From assembly GCA_000004985.1 (NCBI GenBank), contig GG738853.1: a stretch of DNA of 64,000 bases; one strand, written 5' to 3'. The position numbers and the translations under genes were made by a program. This stretch comes from Naegleria gruberi (Eukaryota). Position 1 is the stretch's first letter; every line of letters starts with the position of its first letter. The notes beneath the pieces were generated by a model. The model was not told the DNA's origin, searched no databases, and worked only from the letters and a program-made list of their open reading frames with translations. Positions 34,826 to 48,202 of the stretch are shown in pieces.

Positions 34826-36683
34826 ATGCAAGAAGGAATAACAACGTCGTATGGCACATCAGCTGATGATGGCAATTATTATTATCATCAGAGTCATCCC
34901 GAAGGAGAAACATCATCTCCTTCAATATTATTAAATTCTAATACTATTAATAATAATAACAATGATGATGATATTACTAGTAGAGAAGAAGAACATGGAA
35001 TGGAACAAGGTAATATTAAAATAGTCAAACGATATGAAGACATGTCGAGCGACATGATTAAATCCTTCAAAAGAAGGGAGAGAAAATTACATTTTGAAGA
35101 TAAAAGTGATAAGACTTCAACGTTGGCAAGGCTTTGGTCTGGAGTGTTTAAAACTAGTAGAAATAACAATGAAGGAAATCAAGAAGAAGAAAGGGATTTA
35201 CTTCATGATGATGATAACGAAAATTCCGAGTTGAACTTTTCAATTAATGAAGAACATTTTGCTTTAAAGAAGGGTAATGGAAATAAGAGAAGGAAAAAGA
35301 GGGATTTTCCATTATTTACGAGAAAGACTAATTTATTCTTGACAGTTTTCAATTTAATTAATGATATCTTGTCACCTGGTACCATGTCTATGAGTCAAAT
35401 GATTTCTCAGAGTGGTGTTTGGATGTCAATTGTTAGTGTAACGTTTTTTGGAATGATTACTTCATTTACTTTGATTTTGTTATATGAAATGTCGAGAGGA
35501 CATTTAAAAACGAGTTTGGCTAGTCTTGCAGAGAAGGCATATGGTAAACCTGGTACAATTTTGACATGGTATGTTGTTTTGCATGTTAATGTACTCAAGT
35601 TTAATTTTCACATAATTTCTGAAACTTTTGAATAATATTCATGAAAATGCATTTTAAACATGCATGAAATATAGTATATTCATATTTATTTTCAATTTTG
35701 GAGGAGCTTGTGGCATGTACATTATGTTTGGAGAAGTTGCTGGAGATTTATTATTATATTTATTTGATGATGTTCCTAATATTTTCATTAGTAGAACTGC
35801 AATCTTGTTGTACTTGACTGCATTTTTGATTCCTATTGCACTAATGAAAAACCTTTCGAGTTTTGCCTTTACATCATTTATTTCGGTTAGTTCAGTCTTG
35901 ATTATTACTGGACTTATTATGTTTGAGTCAATTTTCGGATATAGATCCATTCCTAGTCCATCAGATGCTTACAATTTTGTCCATCCGCAATTTTTATCAT
36001 CCATTGCTGGTTTATCCTTTATTTATGTTTCTCATGATATTGTCTTTCACTGTTTTGGTGAAATGAGAAGACCAACAAGGACTAGATTTTACACAGTCGT
36101 TTTCACAGTTGTCTTTTTAACTATGGCCACCATTTTTGCAATTGGCTTGTCAGGGTATTTCCTCTTTTATGATAAGAATTTAACAGAGGGTAACATTTTG
36201 GATTTATTACCACGTTCATATGGATTGGCAATTGTTGCTCGTTTACTCTTGATTTTGGACATTGCACTCTCAGTACCTTTTGCATTATTCATGCCTCGTG
36301 ATGGTGTCAAGACCATTGTTGAAAGCATCTTTCCAAAGTTTTCAGTTTGGATTAATATGACCAAGTGGAGAAGAGAAACTTACCATGTGATTGTCACATT
36401 GAGTATTGTTGCAATTGCTTGTGGTGTTGGATTGGGAGTTACTGACCTTGGAATGTTCTCAGATCTTTGTGGTGGTGTTTCTGCAACATCATTGGCCTAC
36501 ATTATTCCACCTGCCTTATTCTTGAAATTGGACCCTTGGAAAGGATGCTGCAGTAATAGGACAGGTCTATTCAGAGCAGTTGTTAAGGTTATATGTATTA
36601 TTGTCCTTACAATTGGTGTTACATGTTTTGCTAGTAGTATTTTCAGTGTTATTTATCACACATTCATTCTTCATGATGCTTAA
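34826..36683 (+). CDS. amino acid transporter (Aa_trans / SLC36-SLC38-AVT family)
   Basis: join(34826..35568,35675..36683), with a 106-nt intron (TG|GTATGT .. ATATAG|T, phase 2). Motifs are FNLINDILSPGTMSMSQMISQSGVWMSIVSVTFFGMITSFTLILLYE, ..GKPGTILT|CIFIFIFNFGGACGMYIMFGEVAGD.. and about 11 TM segments. An N-terminal hydrophilic region of about 160 aa is N/D/E-rich. Confidence 0.8.
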
Positions 36684-36794
36684 ATGTCACAATATTGTAT
36701 TTGTGCAAAGTATTTGTGTGAAGTTAAAATTGAATGAAAATAACTATTATTTTACAAACTGTTTCTTGTTTTTTATCTCTTAAACTAATGTTTA

Positions 36795-38075
36795 TTAAAT
36801 AATTTCCAATTTGGCGTGTTTAGCACAAATAGAAACACCAAAAGTGTACTCAAAGTTTGGTAAATTATCAAATGCTACTTTAGGATCATCACCATTAATT
36901 GAGAATAAAAGTGAATTATTCTGTACAATAACTTCCACTACATCTCCAACTTTCATAGGAGATAAAAATGGCGTTCCTTTGCCCGAACATGACTTTTGCC
37001 CATTTAGAAATATCAAACCATAACCATTTTCACTTAAATAAGTGTCAAGTCGTGATGAAGAATTCACAATTCCAAATATGATGCACCATGTATTGGAGCC
37101 TTGAACTAATTGGTGGACTTTGAATTTGATATTGCGAATTTTCCTGTCTTCTACGTTAAATATTTCAGGCGAAATTTTGTAAATATTCCAATTATCTTTG
37201 AAAACCTCCAATATTTTCTCTCCATTTGCAAAACAATGCTTGACAGTTGGAAATGGTAAAATCTTTACGATTTTTCCAATCTTGCCAATTTTGCTAGAAA
37301 TTTCATTAGTTTCAAATTGTTCAATATTGAACTTGTCAATATTTTCCAAGCTAATAAAATTTCCAACTTGTGTTGATATCAATTCGAAACTATCCATAGT
37401 TTGTTTAAATTTGTTAATTTTCCTCTCCATCAATGTATATCCATTCATTGACAAAATGCTTGTTAATTCTCTTTTCAAATCTTCGACTATTTCATGATGA
37501 TTTCGAATAGATGTTACAATATTGCATTGGTTATCCACCAATTCATCTAGATCAACCAATAATTGTTGTTCTCTTTTCTTCAAATCATTCATTAATTCGT
37601 CAAGTTTCGAATGGATTTGCTTTTTCAACTCTTCACCTCTAGCTCTAACTTTTGTAACGCATTCAGTAAGATTATTCTCATCCAATTGATGTTTCTGACT
37701 CCATTCTTCAGACTTAATGATAAACTTTTGCAATTCATCAACTGTTTCCTTTTTTACAGTTGCTTCAATTTCTGAAATTAACGAAACTTGATGTGCTGAA
37801 TGTAAACTAACAGCACATGATGAGCAAATCAACATTTTACAATTACTGCAAAAACAATTGATCGGAATAAAATGATCTTTACACAATGGAGCTGTGTTTA
37901 CAGGATTGTAACTTTCGTCTAGTTTAGAATTATTTGGAATAACAACATGGTTGTTTCTTTCATGTTTTTTAGCATGATAGGTGCAAAGGGCCAACGAGCA
38001 AGAAGAACAACAATGTGTGGCTGGTAATTCTTCTTCCTCTTCCAAACAGCTTGCACAGCTCGCTTGTACTCTCAT
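36795..38075 (-). CDS. B-box zinc finger / coiled-coil / SPRY (B30.2)-like protein, TRIM-like without RING
   Basis: Single 426-aa ORF. It has two Cys/His B-box-like clusters (CASCLEEEEELPATHCCSSCSLALCTYHAKKH, and CKDHFIPINCFCSNCKMLICSSCAVSLHSAH). A central coiled coil (ELKKQIHSKLDELMNDLKKREQQLLVDLDELV) follows. The C-terminus is SPRY-like (WCIIFGIVNSS..GYGLIFLNGQK..VGDVVEVIV..FSINGDDPKVAF). Confidence 0.55.
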   Translation of the reverse strand: MRVQASCASCLEEEEELPATHCCSSCSLALCTYHAKKHERNNHVVIPNNSKLDESYNPVNTAPLCKDHFIPINCFCSNCKMLICSSCAVSLHSAHQVSLISEIEATVKKETVDELQKFIIKSEEWSQKHQLDENNLTECVTKVRARGEELKKQIHSKLDELMNDLKKREQQLLVDLDELVDNQCNIVTSIRNHHEIVEDLKRELTSILSMNGYTLMERKINKFKQTMDSFELISTQVGNFISLENIDKFNIEQFETNEISSKIGKIGKIVKILPFPTVKHCFANGEKILEVFKDNWNIYKISPEIFNVEDRKIRNIKFKVHQLVQGSNTWCIIFGIVNSSSRLDTYLSENGYGLIFLNGQKSCSGKGTPFLSPMKVGDVVEVIVQNNSLLFSINGDDPKVAFDNLPNFEYTFGVSICAKHAKLEII

Positions 38076-38238
38076 TTTTTAATGTTGAGTTTTGTAAAGT
38101 GGAGCGCTTGTGACAATCCATCAGAGATCTTTATGTAACTATTTCAATGACACAAAGGTTGAATAGGATGCAGAATTCGACACCAAGTGTTAAATTATGC
38201 AACACATAAATAAAAAATTGAAAAACTTTACAAAAAAA

Positions 38239-39063
38239 ATGATGCAAACCATTACTGCTAGAACACGTAAGATTGTTTGTCTTTTGAAAAACTATGAAGC
38301 ACACGCAAAGGAAATGCAAGGAGCTGTTCCTTCATCACCAGAATTCTTTTTAAAGGTTCGTTATTTTCAAATTCCGATCATGGAATTAATTTAAATAATA
38401 TTAAATTATTTGATGATGATCGGAATTATTGAAAATATCTTGATCGGAATATAATGATGATGATGAAAATAATGATGATGATAATAATGCTGAATATATT
38501 AATAGCCAACCACTTCAATTGTTGTTCATGAAAAGGATGGCAAAAATCCAATTCACATTTCATCCATTTCTCATCTCACTCAAGATGTTCATCATGAAGT
38601 TGAGTTGGGAGTTGTGATTGGAAAGAGAGGAAAGAACATTTCACAACAAGATGCATTTTCACATGTGAAGGGTTTCTTTGTTGCTTTGGATTTGACAGCT
38701 AGAGATTTACAAAATAAGGCCAAGAAGAATGGAAAGCCATGGACTGTTGCAAAGGGTTTTGATGATTTTTGTCCAATTGGTTCAGAAATGATTGAATCGA
38801 CAAATCTTGTACAAGATGGAAAGTTGAAGAATTTGACAATTTTCATTAAGATTAATGGACAAGTTAAACAACGTGGATTTACTAATGATATGATTTATAA
38901 TGTACCTCAAGCTATTGAGGCAATCAGTCAAGTAATGACTTTGGAAGAGGATGATCTTATTTTGACAGGTACTCCAGAAGGTGTTTCTCAAATTAATTCT
39001 GGAGATGTTTTGGAATTTGGTGTGGAAGATGTTACTCCAACTTATCAATTCAATGTTGTTTAA
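38239..39063 (+). CDS. fumarylacetoacetate hydrolase domain protein (FAHD1-like acylpyruvase / oxaloacetate decarboxylase)
   Basis: join(38239..38355,38506..39063), with a 150-nt intron (AAG|GTTCGT .. TTAATAG|CCA, phase 0). The intron contains (GATGAT)n. Exon 1 encodes MMQTITARTRKIVCLLKNYEAHAKEMQGAVPSSPEFFLK. Exon 2 encodes ..HHEVELGVVIGKRGKNIS..ALDLTARDLQ..GKPWTVAKGFDDFCPIG.., all typical of FAHD1. Confidence 0.8.
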
Positions 39064-39144
39064 TATTATTGAGCAGCTTTTATACTATAAACTATTGATT
39101 GTAATTCCGTTTACAATTTATTGAGATTTAATGGCAGTTTGTGA

Positions 39145-42100
39145 TTAGTTTAATAATGGAGCTTGTTCCAAGTCTTGTTTCTTTTTAAATAGTTTCTTGA
39201 TATTATTCCAATTAGAGTAGTAAGAAACTTTTCCCTTGATTAAATTCGTCAAAGACTCCTCATCTTGTTGATAAATAATTATCAATGAAACTATTCGAAA
39301 GAAGATACCAAATACTGGAATCAAAACAATGCATAAATTCAAATCTTCAATTTTGTAATCGAATAAATCCAACGAAGATTGAATATCGAAAATGTTCATA
39401 TAGTTTCTAATTTCCATAATGTAGAGAGCTTCTTGTGCGTATCGAATATATGAGACGAAACTTAACCAATACAATGGAGGAACCTCCTGTCTCATCTGAG
39501 CAAGTGTAGGTCTAGAACCACTCACTAATTGCAACACTAACACAAAAATGGCACCTGCCAATTGAATTAATTCCAATTTGATAGTTAAACTGACAAGCAT
39601 TCCAATGCCAAATGTCGTAAAATGCAAAAGGAATAGAATTAAATAATACTCCCAGAATGAGGCAGTTGGAGAGTACAATGAAAAGAATATTGAAAGAAAG
39701 ACAATCGGTCCAAATACCATATTTGGAATCTGTTCTAAATTCTTTGCAATAAAATAGGCAAAAACGGACAAACCACTTGAACGTTCCTTCTTGAAAATTA
39801 CTTGAACTGATTTGGTTCCAAAGGTTCCAAGTGAAGACATGATTCCACATAATCCTAAAACCAAAGGAACAGTACTTGCAACATTGATTATTGGATTGTT
39901 TAAAGGATAGCCACAGATTTTCCTAATTGGGGATGGACACGTATTGATTATATCAACTGGCAATGGACCAATATAAGCATCCTTCAAATAAATCAATCCT
40001 AAACTCAATCCACCAATGTAAACCAACAAGCAATCAATGAAAAACGAAGCAAAATCACGAATTTTCAAAGTGAAAGATCTTTTCACACACATGTAAAAGT
40101 GAATGAGCGAATTTTGATTTCTGGCCTTTTCCTCCTGTTGTAACATCTTAATTGATGGTGTGTTGACTCGATCTTCAATGGTCACAAATTTTTCCCAAAT
40201 CTCAAACATTTCCTTACATGACAAAACTTCCACCGGAATTCCAGTTCTCTCAATTTGTGATTGATAAGTGAATTCTGGATCGTAAATTGCATCTAATAGG
40301 AAATCACTTGGATTAACATATGGAGGAGGAATCAGAGAAAGTTGTTTCTCGAAATAGTTCAATACTTGATTGGATTCGCCCATGTAAACGATTCGTCCAC
40401 CATTTCCCAAAAGAACAACATCGTCAAACATTTGAAAGATTTCGAATCTGGGTTGATGCAACACAGCTACTACTGTAATTCCACTCTCTGCAATGTCTTT
40501 CATGGATTTGGCAACTTCAAAACTACTGTATGCATCTAGTGAGCTAGTAGGTTCGTCCACTAAGTAGAATAAAAATTAGAAGAAACCATGAAAACTAAAC
40601 TTACAGAATAAAATGTAAGGACAAGTAACCAATTCCATTGCAATGCTAACTCTCTTACGTTGTCCACCTGATATACCTCTCTTTGATTCATCACCAATAA
40701 GAGAATGTCTTATATGATCCAAATCCAGATTTTGAATTACTCCGTTTACTATCTGATCTATTACCTTACTTGGAAAATTCAATCTAGTACGAGCGGAAAA
40801 ATAAATACACTCCTCCACAGTCAATTCTCTATACATACAATCTTCCTGTGTGACAAATGCTGTAATATTTTTAAATTCCTTAATTGATGACTTGACGCCA
40901 TTCACAAAAATGTCACCACTCACATTTGCATAACTGGCATTTCCTAAAATTGCTGATAAAAGAGTTGTTTTTCCACTTCCACTTGGTCCCATAATACAAG
41001 TTAACTTTCCAGGTCGAAACTTTCCATTCAAATTATGCAAAATTCGTTTGTTATTCGAAACTAAATCAAGTGACAATTTGTCAAATGAAATTTCCGCCTT
41101 TACATCTTTGTAAAGTCCTTTCATAATTTGTGAAACGGTCAACTTGGGAACAGTTTGAACGTAGGAACTTTCTGTAATGTGCGCCAACTTTCTCTTAATA
41201 AATTCTTCCATTCTTTTTTCTTCTTGTTTCTTGATCCAAAACTTTCTGGAAATGGAATAAATGAAATAGGTCAGAATTACAAGCCCAATAATGGATAAAT
41301 CGATCAAGAATCCAATAGCATATCCATCAAAGGATTTGGTACCTTCTGGACAATTGGAAAAGAGTGGACATGCAATTGGAAGGACAGTTCCTACTGTACA
41401 GTAATGACCTTGCGGACATTTTTTCTTCTCAATCGGAGTGGAACAATAGTAACCCGCTGGACATGGAGATGGGACATAGGATCCAACATCACAATATTGT
41501 GTCAATCGGCAATCTATCTTTGTACTTGGTGATGGACAGTAAAAACCTTTTGGACATGGATTTCTATCGGTGGTTCCAGGTGGACAATATAAAGACACAG
41601 TTTCATTAGGAATGCAAATAGTTGGCTCCATAATGGATGGCTCTTCACAGTAGGTATTCTCTGGACATGCTAAAACAGATCTATTTCCCTCCACAAATCT
41701 TCCTAAATTGCAATATTCTCCAATTGAGCATTCCTTAATTTGGTTATCTTGTAAGAATAAGCCAGGAGAGATTGGAAGAGGCGGGAAATAAGGAGTGATG
41801 CAAATGGTACCGTTGATGCAAGGTTGGGGAGATTCACTTCCTGAGGAGAAACAAGTTTCTGATCCTCGTGGAGTTTTCCATCCAAGATTTGAATATGAAT
41901 TTAAATCACTTTCGTCACTGGCAATTTCACACGAAAGTGGTTTAGTCATACCATCGAATGGACATTGAAAACCTTGAGGACACAACTGTCTAGCTCCACC
42001 ATAACAGAAATACCTCTTCTCACAATATTTCATCTGATTAGGTCGAATCGTATAGAATCCATTAGGAACTTTGTCCATAACCACATCATCAAAAGATGGA

Positions 42101-44058
42101 CACGACATTCCAGTGAAACAACTTGAAGTATATTGCCCAAATTGATTCAGTGTCACTGGTGAAGGTTTCATTGATTGACATTGTTGAGCGAAAGGTTTCA
42201 GAAACAAATCGTCTGGATTCGACTCCAATTCTTTACAAATTTGGTAAAATCGATTAGTGGATTGCAATTCCCATCTTTCTCTACTAATGGTCACAAACAA
42301 GTGTTGAGAATTTGGAGTAATTTCCATAAAATCTGCATCTCCCATTAAACTAATCTTGTTAAAATACGAAAGTATCAACCCATTATTCGAACACATTTCC
42401 TGTTGTAATCCGTAAACCAAAATTTCCTTCCCCGACTTGGAAATAAATATCTGAGAAATCCAATAATTCTGCAAAACATCCTTCATGAAATATTCTCCAT
42501 ATTGGGAAATTAATTCAATAAAGCAATTTGTGTTGTTTAGATATTTTGAGCAAATTATTTCCAATTCGGGAGTTCTGATAATATTTTCACATAATTGTTG
42601 AATATCCACATCTTTTCCAAAGTCTGTATTGAAAAAGGAAGTGTAAATGTCTGGTACATTGTAAAATCGTTGTTTCATTTCTAATATGGTTTCGCCTTTC
42701 ATTAGTTTGATTTCGGTGAATGTTTCGAATGATTTGGTGCATTCTCCTGTTGAAATATCAAAGTAAAAACCATCAGCAATTTGACATGTTTCGTTTCTTC
42801 CAACTGGATTACTGGAATTTCTTTCTGAAAATCTAAAAAAATCATAATTTGCAAATTCCAACAAGTTTCGAACATGTAAACTATTTGTTCCATTCGAAAG
42901 TTGAATGGCAATAATCAAGTTTAGTCCCTGGGCTTGATGAGCAATGACCTTAAAGCATGAAGATTTATAAAAATCGACTCTTCTAATTTCTTCAGCTGCC
43001 AACGAAGCACTCAAAATAGTTTCATCCTTATTGGTGAGATAGAAAGTGGACGAATCTATTTCATTCATATCCAAATACATATTCCTCTTTTGTAATTCAA
43101 TGATTTTCACTTGATCATTGGATGAAATCATCAACAACAATCTTTCGTATTGAAAATAGCTCGTTGTCAAGGCATTTCTAAATCCACCAACTTGATTTTT
43201 AAAACTAAACTGCAAACTATTCAAACTCTTGATGGTAATGTGAAATTCCAATTCATGAGAACAATCTTTCAATTTGTAAAATTTCATTACATTGGTGTCA
43301 TTTGTCAATTTCTCAACAATATTCAAATAAATTGAATCCTCAAATTCGAATATACGAATCATATTCGAAGGATCTGTCAACTCAAATGTTGCACAAGTTT
43401 CAATAGATGAAATATCAAAAGTTTTTGCCTTAAATAATGAAAGACTATTTCCATACGAAATGGTCGCCACAAAATAATCCGTTCCATTTGTAAATGCTGT
43501 CAAAGTTCTGACATTACTGCCGTCACTTGTCTTTCCTACATGAACAGTTTCTCCTGTGTTGAAATTAATTAAAATGATATGTCCAGAAATCAACCCCAAA
43601 ACAATAAATCTCCTTGTTTCATTCTCTTCATCTTGAAATTCAATTGTTGTAATCTTGGAAATGTATTTACATTTATCACGAGGTGAAATTAGTTTGGAAT
43701 AGTCCAGTTTCGAACTGCTATGTGGATGGATCAGTGTGCCATTCATGTAACTGTATACATTCGGATCAGATGTTGAACATATTGCTCCATCTTCAACATT
43801 CAACAAGAAATCTTCATCACTAAACAGAAATGGAACACTCGCAAAAGGATTCGAATATTTACACCACGAAGGTTGTATATCAGAGTTAATTAATTCCTCA
43901 TGTGAACACAACTCTTGTCTAAATGCAGCACCACCACTCTTGTAACACAAATTGCAATTGACCCATTTGATAATTGAAAACAATGAAATTGTGATGAAAA
44001 ATAGAAATAAAAAGCGATGTTTGTTTGAGTTGGAAACACGTGTCGACTTGTGTTTCAT
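39145..44058 (-). CDS. ABC transporter, G-family half transporter (NBD-TMD) preceded by signal peptide, about 880-aa Cys-rich extracellular domain and an extra TM helix
   Basis: complement(join(39145..40559,40605..44058)), with a 45-nt intron splitting ..ELVTCPYILF|LDEPTSSLD. The NBD has Walker A GPSGSGKTTLL, signature SGGQRKRVSIAMEL and Walker B ILFLDEPTS. The C-terminal TMD has 6 helices. Upstream are a signal peptide (MKHKSTRVSNSNKHRFLFLFFITISLFSIIKWVNC; first ATG 44058, the track ORF extends to 44139) and a large domain. Its proximal part has repeated CP.G.YC ephrin-receptor/TNFR-like Cys repeats (CPPGTTDRNPCPKGFYCPSPSTKIDC..CPAGYYCSTPIEKKKCPQGHYCTVG). A TM helix (YAIGFLIDLSIIGLVILTYFIYSI) follows. 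Confidence 0.8.
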
Positions 44059-44315
44059 TCTGTTTTTTTCTCTTAATTGCAAATAGAAAGTTTTGGGAAA
44101 CAAATGAAACAACATAATGTAAATTCCATGATCTTGCAATTATAATTATGAAATTGGAATGTAATTTGAATATAGGATCTAAATAGGAGTTAAAAATGCT
44201 GACAATGACATTTTGTAGTCATGGGGTGGCCATTGAGCAAACCTTTATCTTTGGAGAATCTAAAACTATTAGTTTTTGGATATGGATAACAAAAATTACT
44301 AAAAACATTAAAAGA

Positions 44316-44399
44316 TCCGATGAGACGGAATCGAACCGCCGACCACAGGATAACAGTTACAACTACAGTCCCATGCTCTACCAGCTGAGCTATCATCGG
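44316..44399 (-). tRNA. tRNA-Tyr (anticodon GUA) with 11-nt intron
   Basis: The reverse complement reads CCGATGA-TA-GCTC-AGCTGGTA-GAGC-A-TGGGA-CTGTAG[ttgtaactgtt]A-TCCTG-TGGTC-GGCGG-TTCGATT-CCGTC-TCATCGG-A. The acceptor stem is perfect. The intron lies 3-prime of position 37, as is canonical for eukaryotic tRNA-Tyr. Confidence 0.8.
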
Positions 44400-44575
44400 T
44401 TACGTTTTCTTTACTAAAATTTATTTTATAATTATTATGCAAATGAAAGACAATACAGGTTTAAGCAACCTACATCTTATTATTGCATAGTAATTCTTCC
44501 TTTTGCTTTCTCTCAATTTTCAATGAACCACCGAACATCAATTAATTTCTCTCTATTTTTACTTCTGTAAAAAAA

Positions 44576-46190
<1,615 letters not shown>

Positions 46191-46364
46191 AAATTGTAAC
46201 AATAATCTCAGAAATCAATTCTTGTTGATATTTCAATATTAATATTAATATCAACACACGTTTTTATGACTTCAACATTGAAACTGTTTCATATTGCAAC
46301 AATTTGATTGTTAAAATTAGAATTGTTTAACAATTTCAATATTCAATAAACAAGTTGAAAAAAA

Positions 46365-48190
46365 ATGGCAAGAGAAACTTCAAAGGAACGTAGAAAACGT
46401 CAACAAGATGCAAGAAATGAAATAAGAAAGCAAAATAGAACACAAGCCAAGCAAAATAGATTCAACTATGACAACTATGAACAACAACAACAAGAATATA
46501 GAAAACCAAGAGAATACAAACCATATGGAGGAGATGAAAATAGACCAAGATTTTCGGAACGAAAACCATCATCATCGGAATCACAGGAATATGAAAATAA
46601 GAAATATGATAAACCATTTAGAGAAAATAAGGAAAAATCCACAACATCATCATTGCCAATTCCTGAAATTTTGGATATTCAATCGGAATACTTTGAAAAG
46701 GAATATAATCCAAAGAAGATTGCACTTTCGGAGATATCTGAATTGAAATTGAATGGAAAGGGATTTAAAGATATTAAGAATTTGAACTTGATTGTGAATT
46801 TGAAACGATTGGAAGTTATCAAGAACAAACTTTCATCACTCAAGGTTTGTTTTTTAATTGTTTTCATTTGGAAAATTTTAATAACATTGAACTATAGTTC
46901 TTGAAGGGAGTTGATAAAATTCAACACGTAGATGCTCACGAGAATGAAATTGTTTCCTCCGATGAAAATAATACTGAAATTACTCAATTTATTCAAAATA
47001 GCCCACAATTGAAAGTTCTCAATCTTTCACACAATCAATTGACCAAGACAGTTGTTATAAAGGCCAAATTGGCAAAAGCTGCTGAACCAGTTGTGAGTGG
47101 AATTGCTGAAAAATTGAATAGAGGAAAGAAAATTCAACAACAACCAAAGGATAATTTAAATTCTGGATTGTTGGCTATCATTCTGACTGATAACAAGATT
47201 GAGGAATTAAAGTTGGAAGGAAAATTCCAAGTTTTGAATACTATCATTATTAGTAAGAATCCACTTTTGAAAAAGTTTACCGATTATTACTCTGTTCCTG
47301 AATTGACCAAGTTTGGAGCTACTGAAACAGCTCTTGAGCAATTGCATGCATCAGTTTCTACATGTAAACAATTGCAAGAATTGAGACTTTCTCACAATCC
47401 ACAAATTTTTACAAAGGAAACTTGTTTAAAGACCTTGTTGGAAATTGAAAAATTGGATAGTTTGAAATTACTTGCACTCAGTCATAACAAGATTGGAATT
47501 GAATGGACTGTTATGAAATCTCACTTGGTTATGATTATCAAGAAGAATAGAAACTTGAGGAATTTGTCCATTGTTGGAAACTTTGAGCAATATATTGAAC
47601 AAGTTGGAGCTGAAAAGTTTAAGGACGAAGTTTTGAGTTTATTCTCAAAGGAAGGAATTTCCTTGACACATTTGGATGATAAACCTGTTGGAGAAAAGCC
47701 AGTTAAAACTGCTAGACCTGAGAGGACCAGATCAAACAATAGAGAAAGAACCAGTGAGAGAAAGCAATTCGATTCCAATGAAAGAAGAGACAAGAGAGAT
47801 GCCAATAAGGAAAGACCAAGAAAGCAAGACAGAGGAGAGAAACAAACTGAAATGCCAGAAGCCCAAGAAGAAAAGCCAGAAGAGGTCAATAATAATCAAC
47901 AACTCGATGATTACCAACCAATTCAAATCCCTGTTGAAATGCAACTTAAAATGCAAAGGGAATTAATGAAAAGAAAAAAAGAAAATGCAGAACAAAGTCT
48001 CGTCATTCAAAATACCAAAGATCAACAAGAAGAAAAGAAGAGAAAGAGAGAATTATTGGGAGGTTTTGTTGAACAAGATGACAAGCACTCTGGTGTTAAA
48101 AAGTTTGTCAACGTAAATACGTATAAGAAGAGAAAGTCAAATGTTTTCCAAATGCTTGGACAAGATGATCAAGCCGACGAAGGTTGGTAA
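46365..48190 (+). CDS. leucine-rich repeat protein with basic, charged N- and C-terminal regions
   Basis: join(46365..46844,46898..48190), with a 53-nt intron (AAG|GTTTGT .. CTATAG|TTC). LRR units include LKVLNLSHNQL, LQELRLSHNPQI and LKLLALSHNKIG. The termini are K/R/E-rich. Confidence 0.6.
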
Positions 48191-48202
48191 TAAATTAATA
48201 CT

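Noticed and set aside
44196-44417. Plus-strand 73-aa ORF overlapping tRNA-Tyr
   Set aside because: It spans a well-formed tRNA gene on the opposite strand, and the region is otherwise intergenic.
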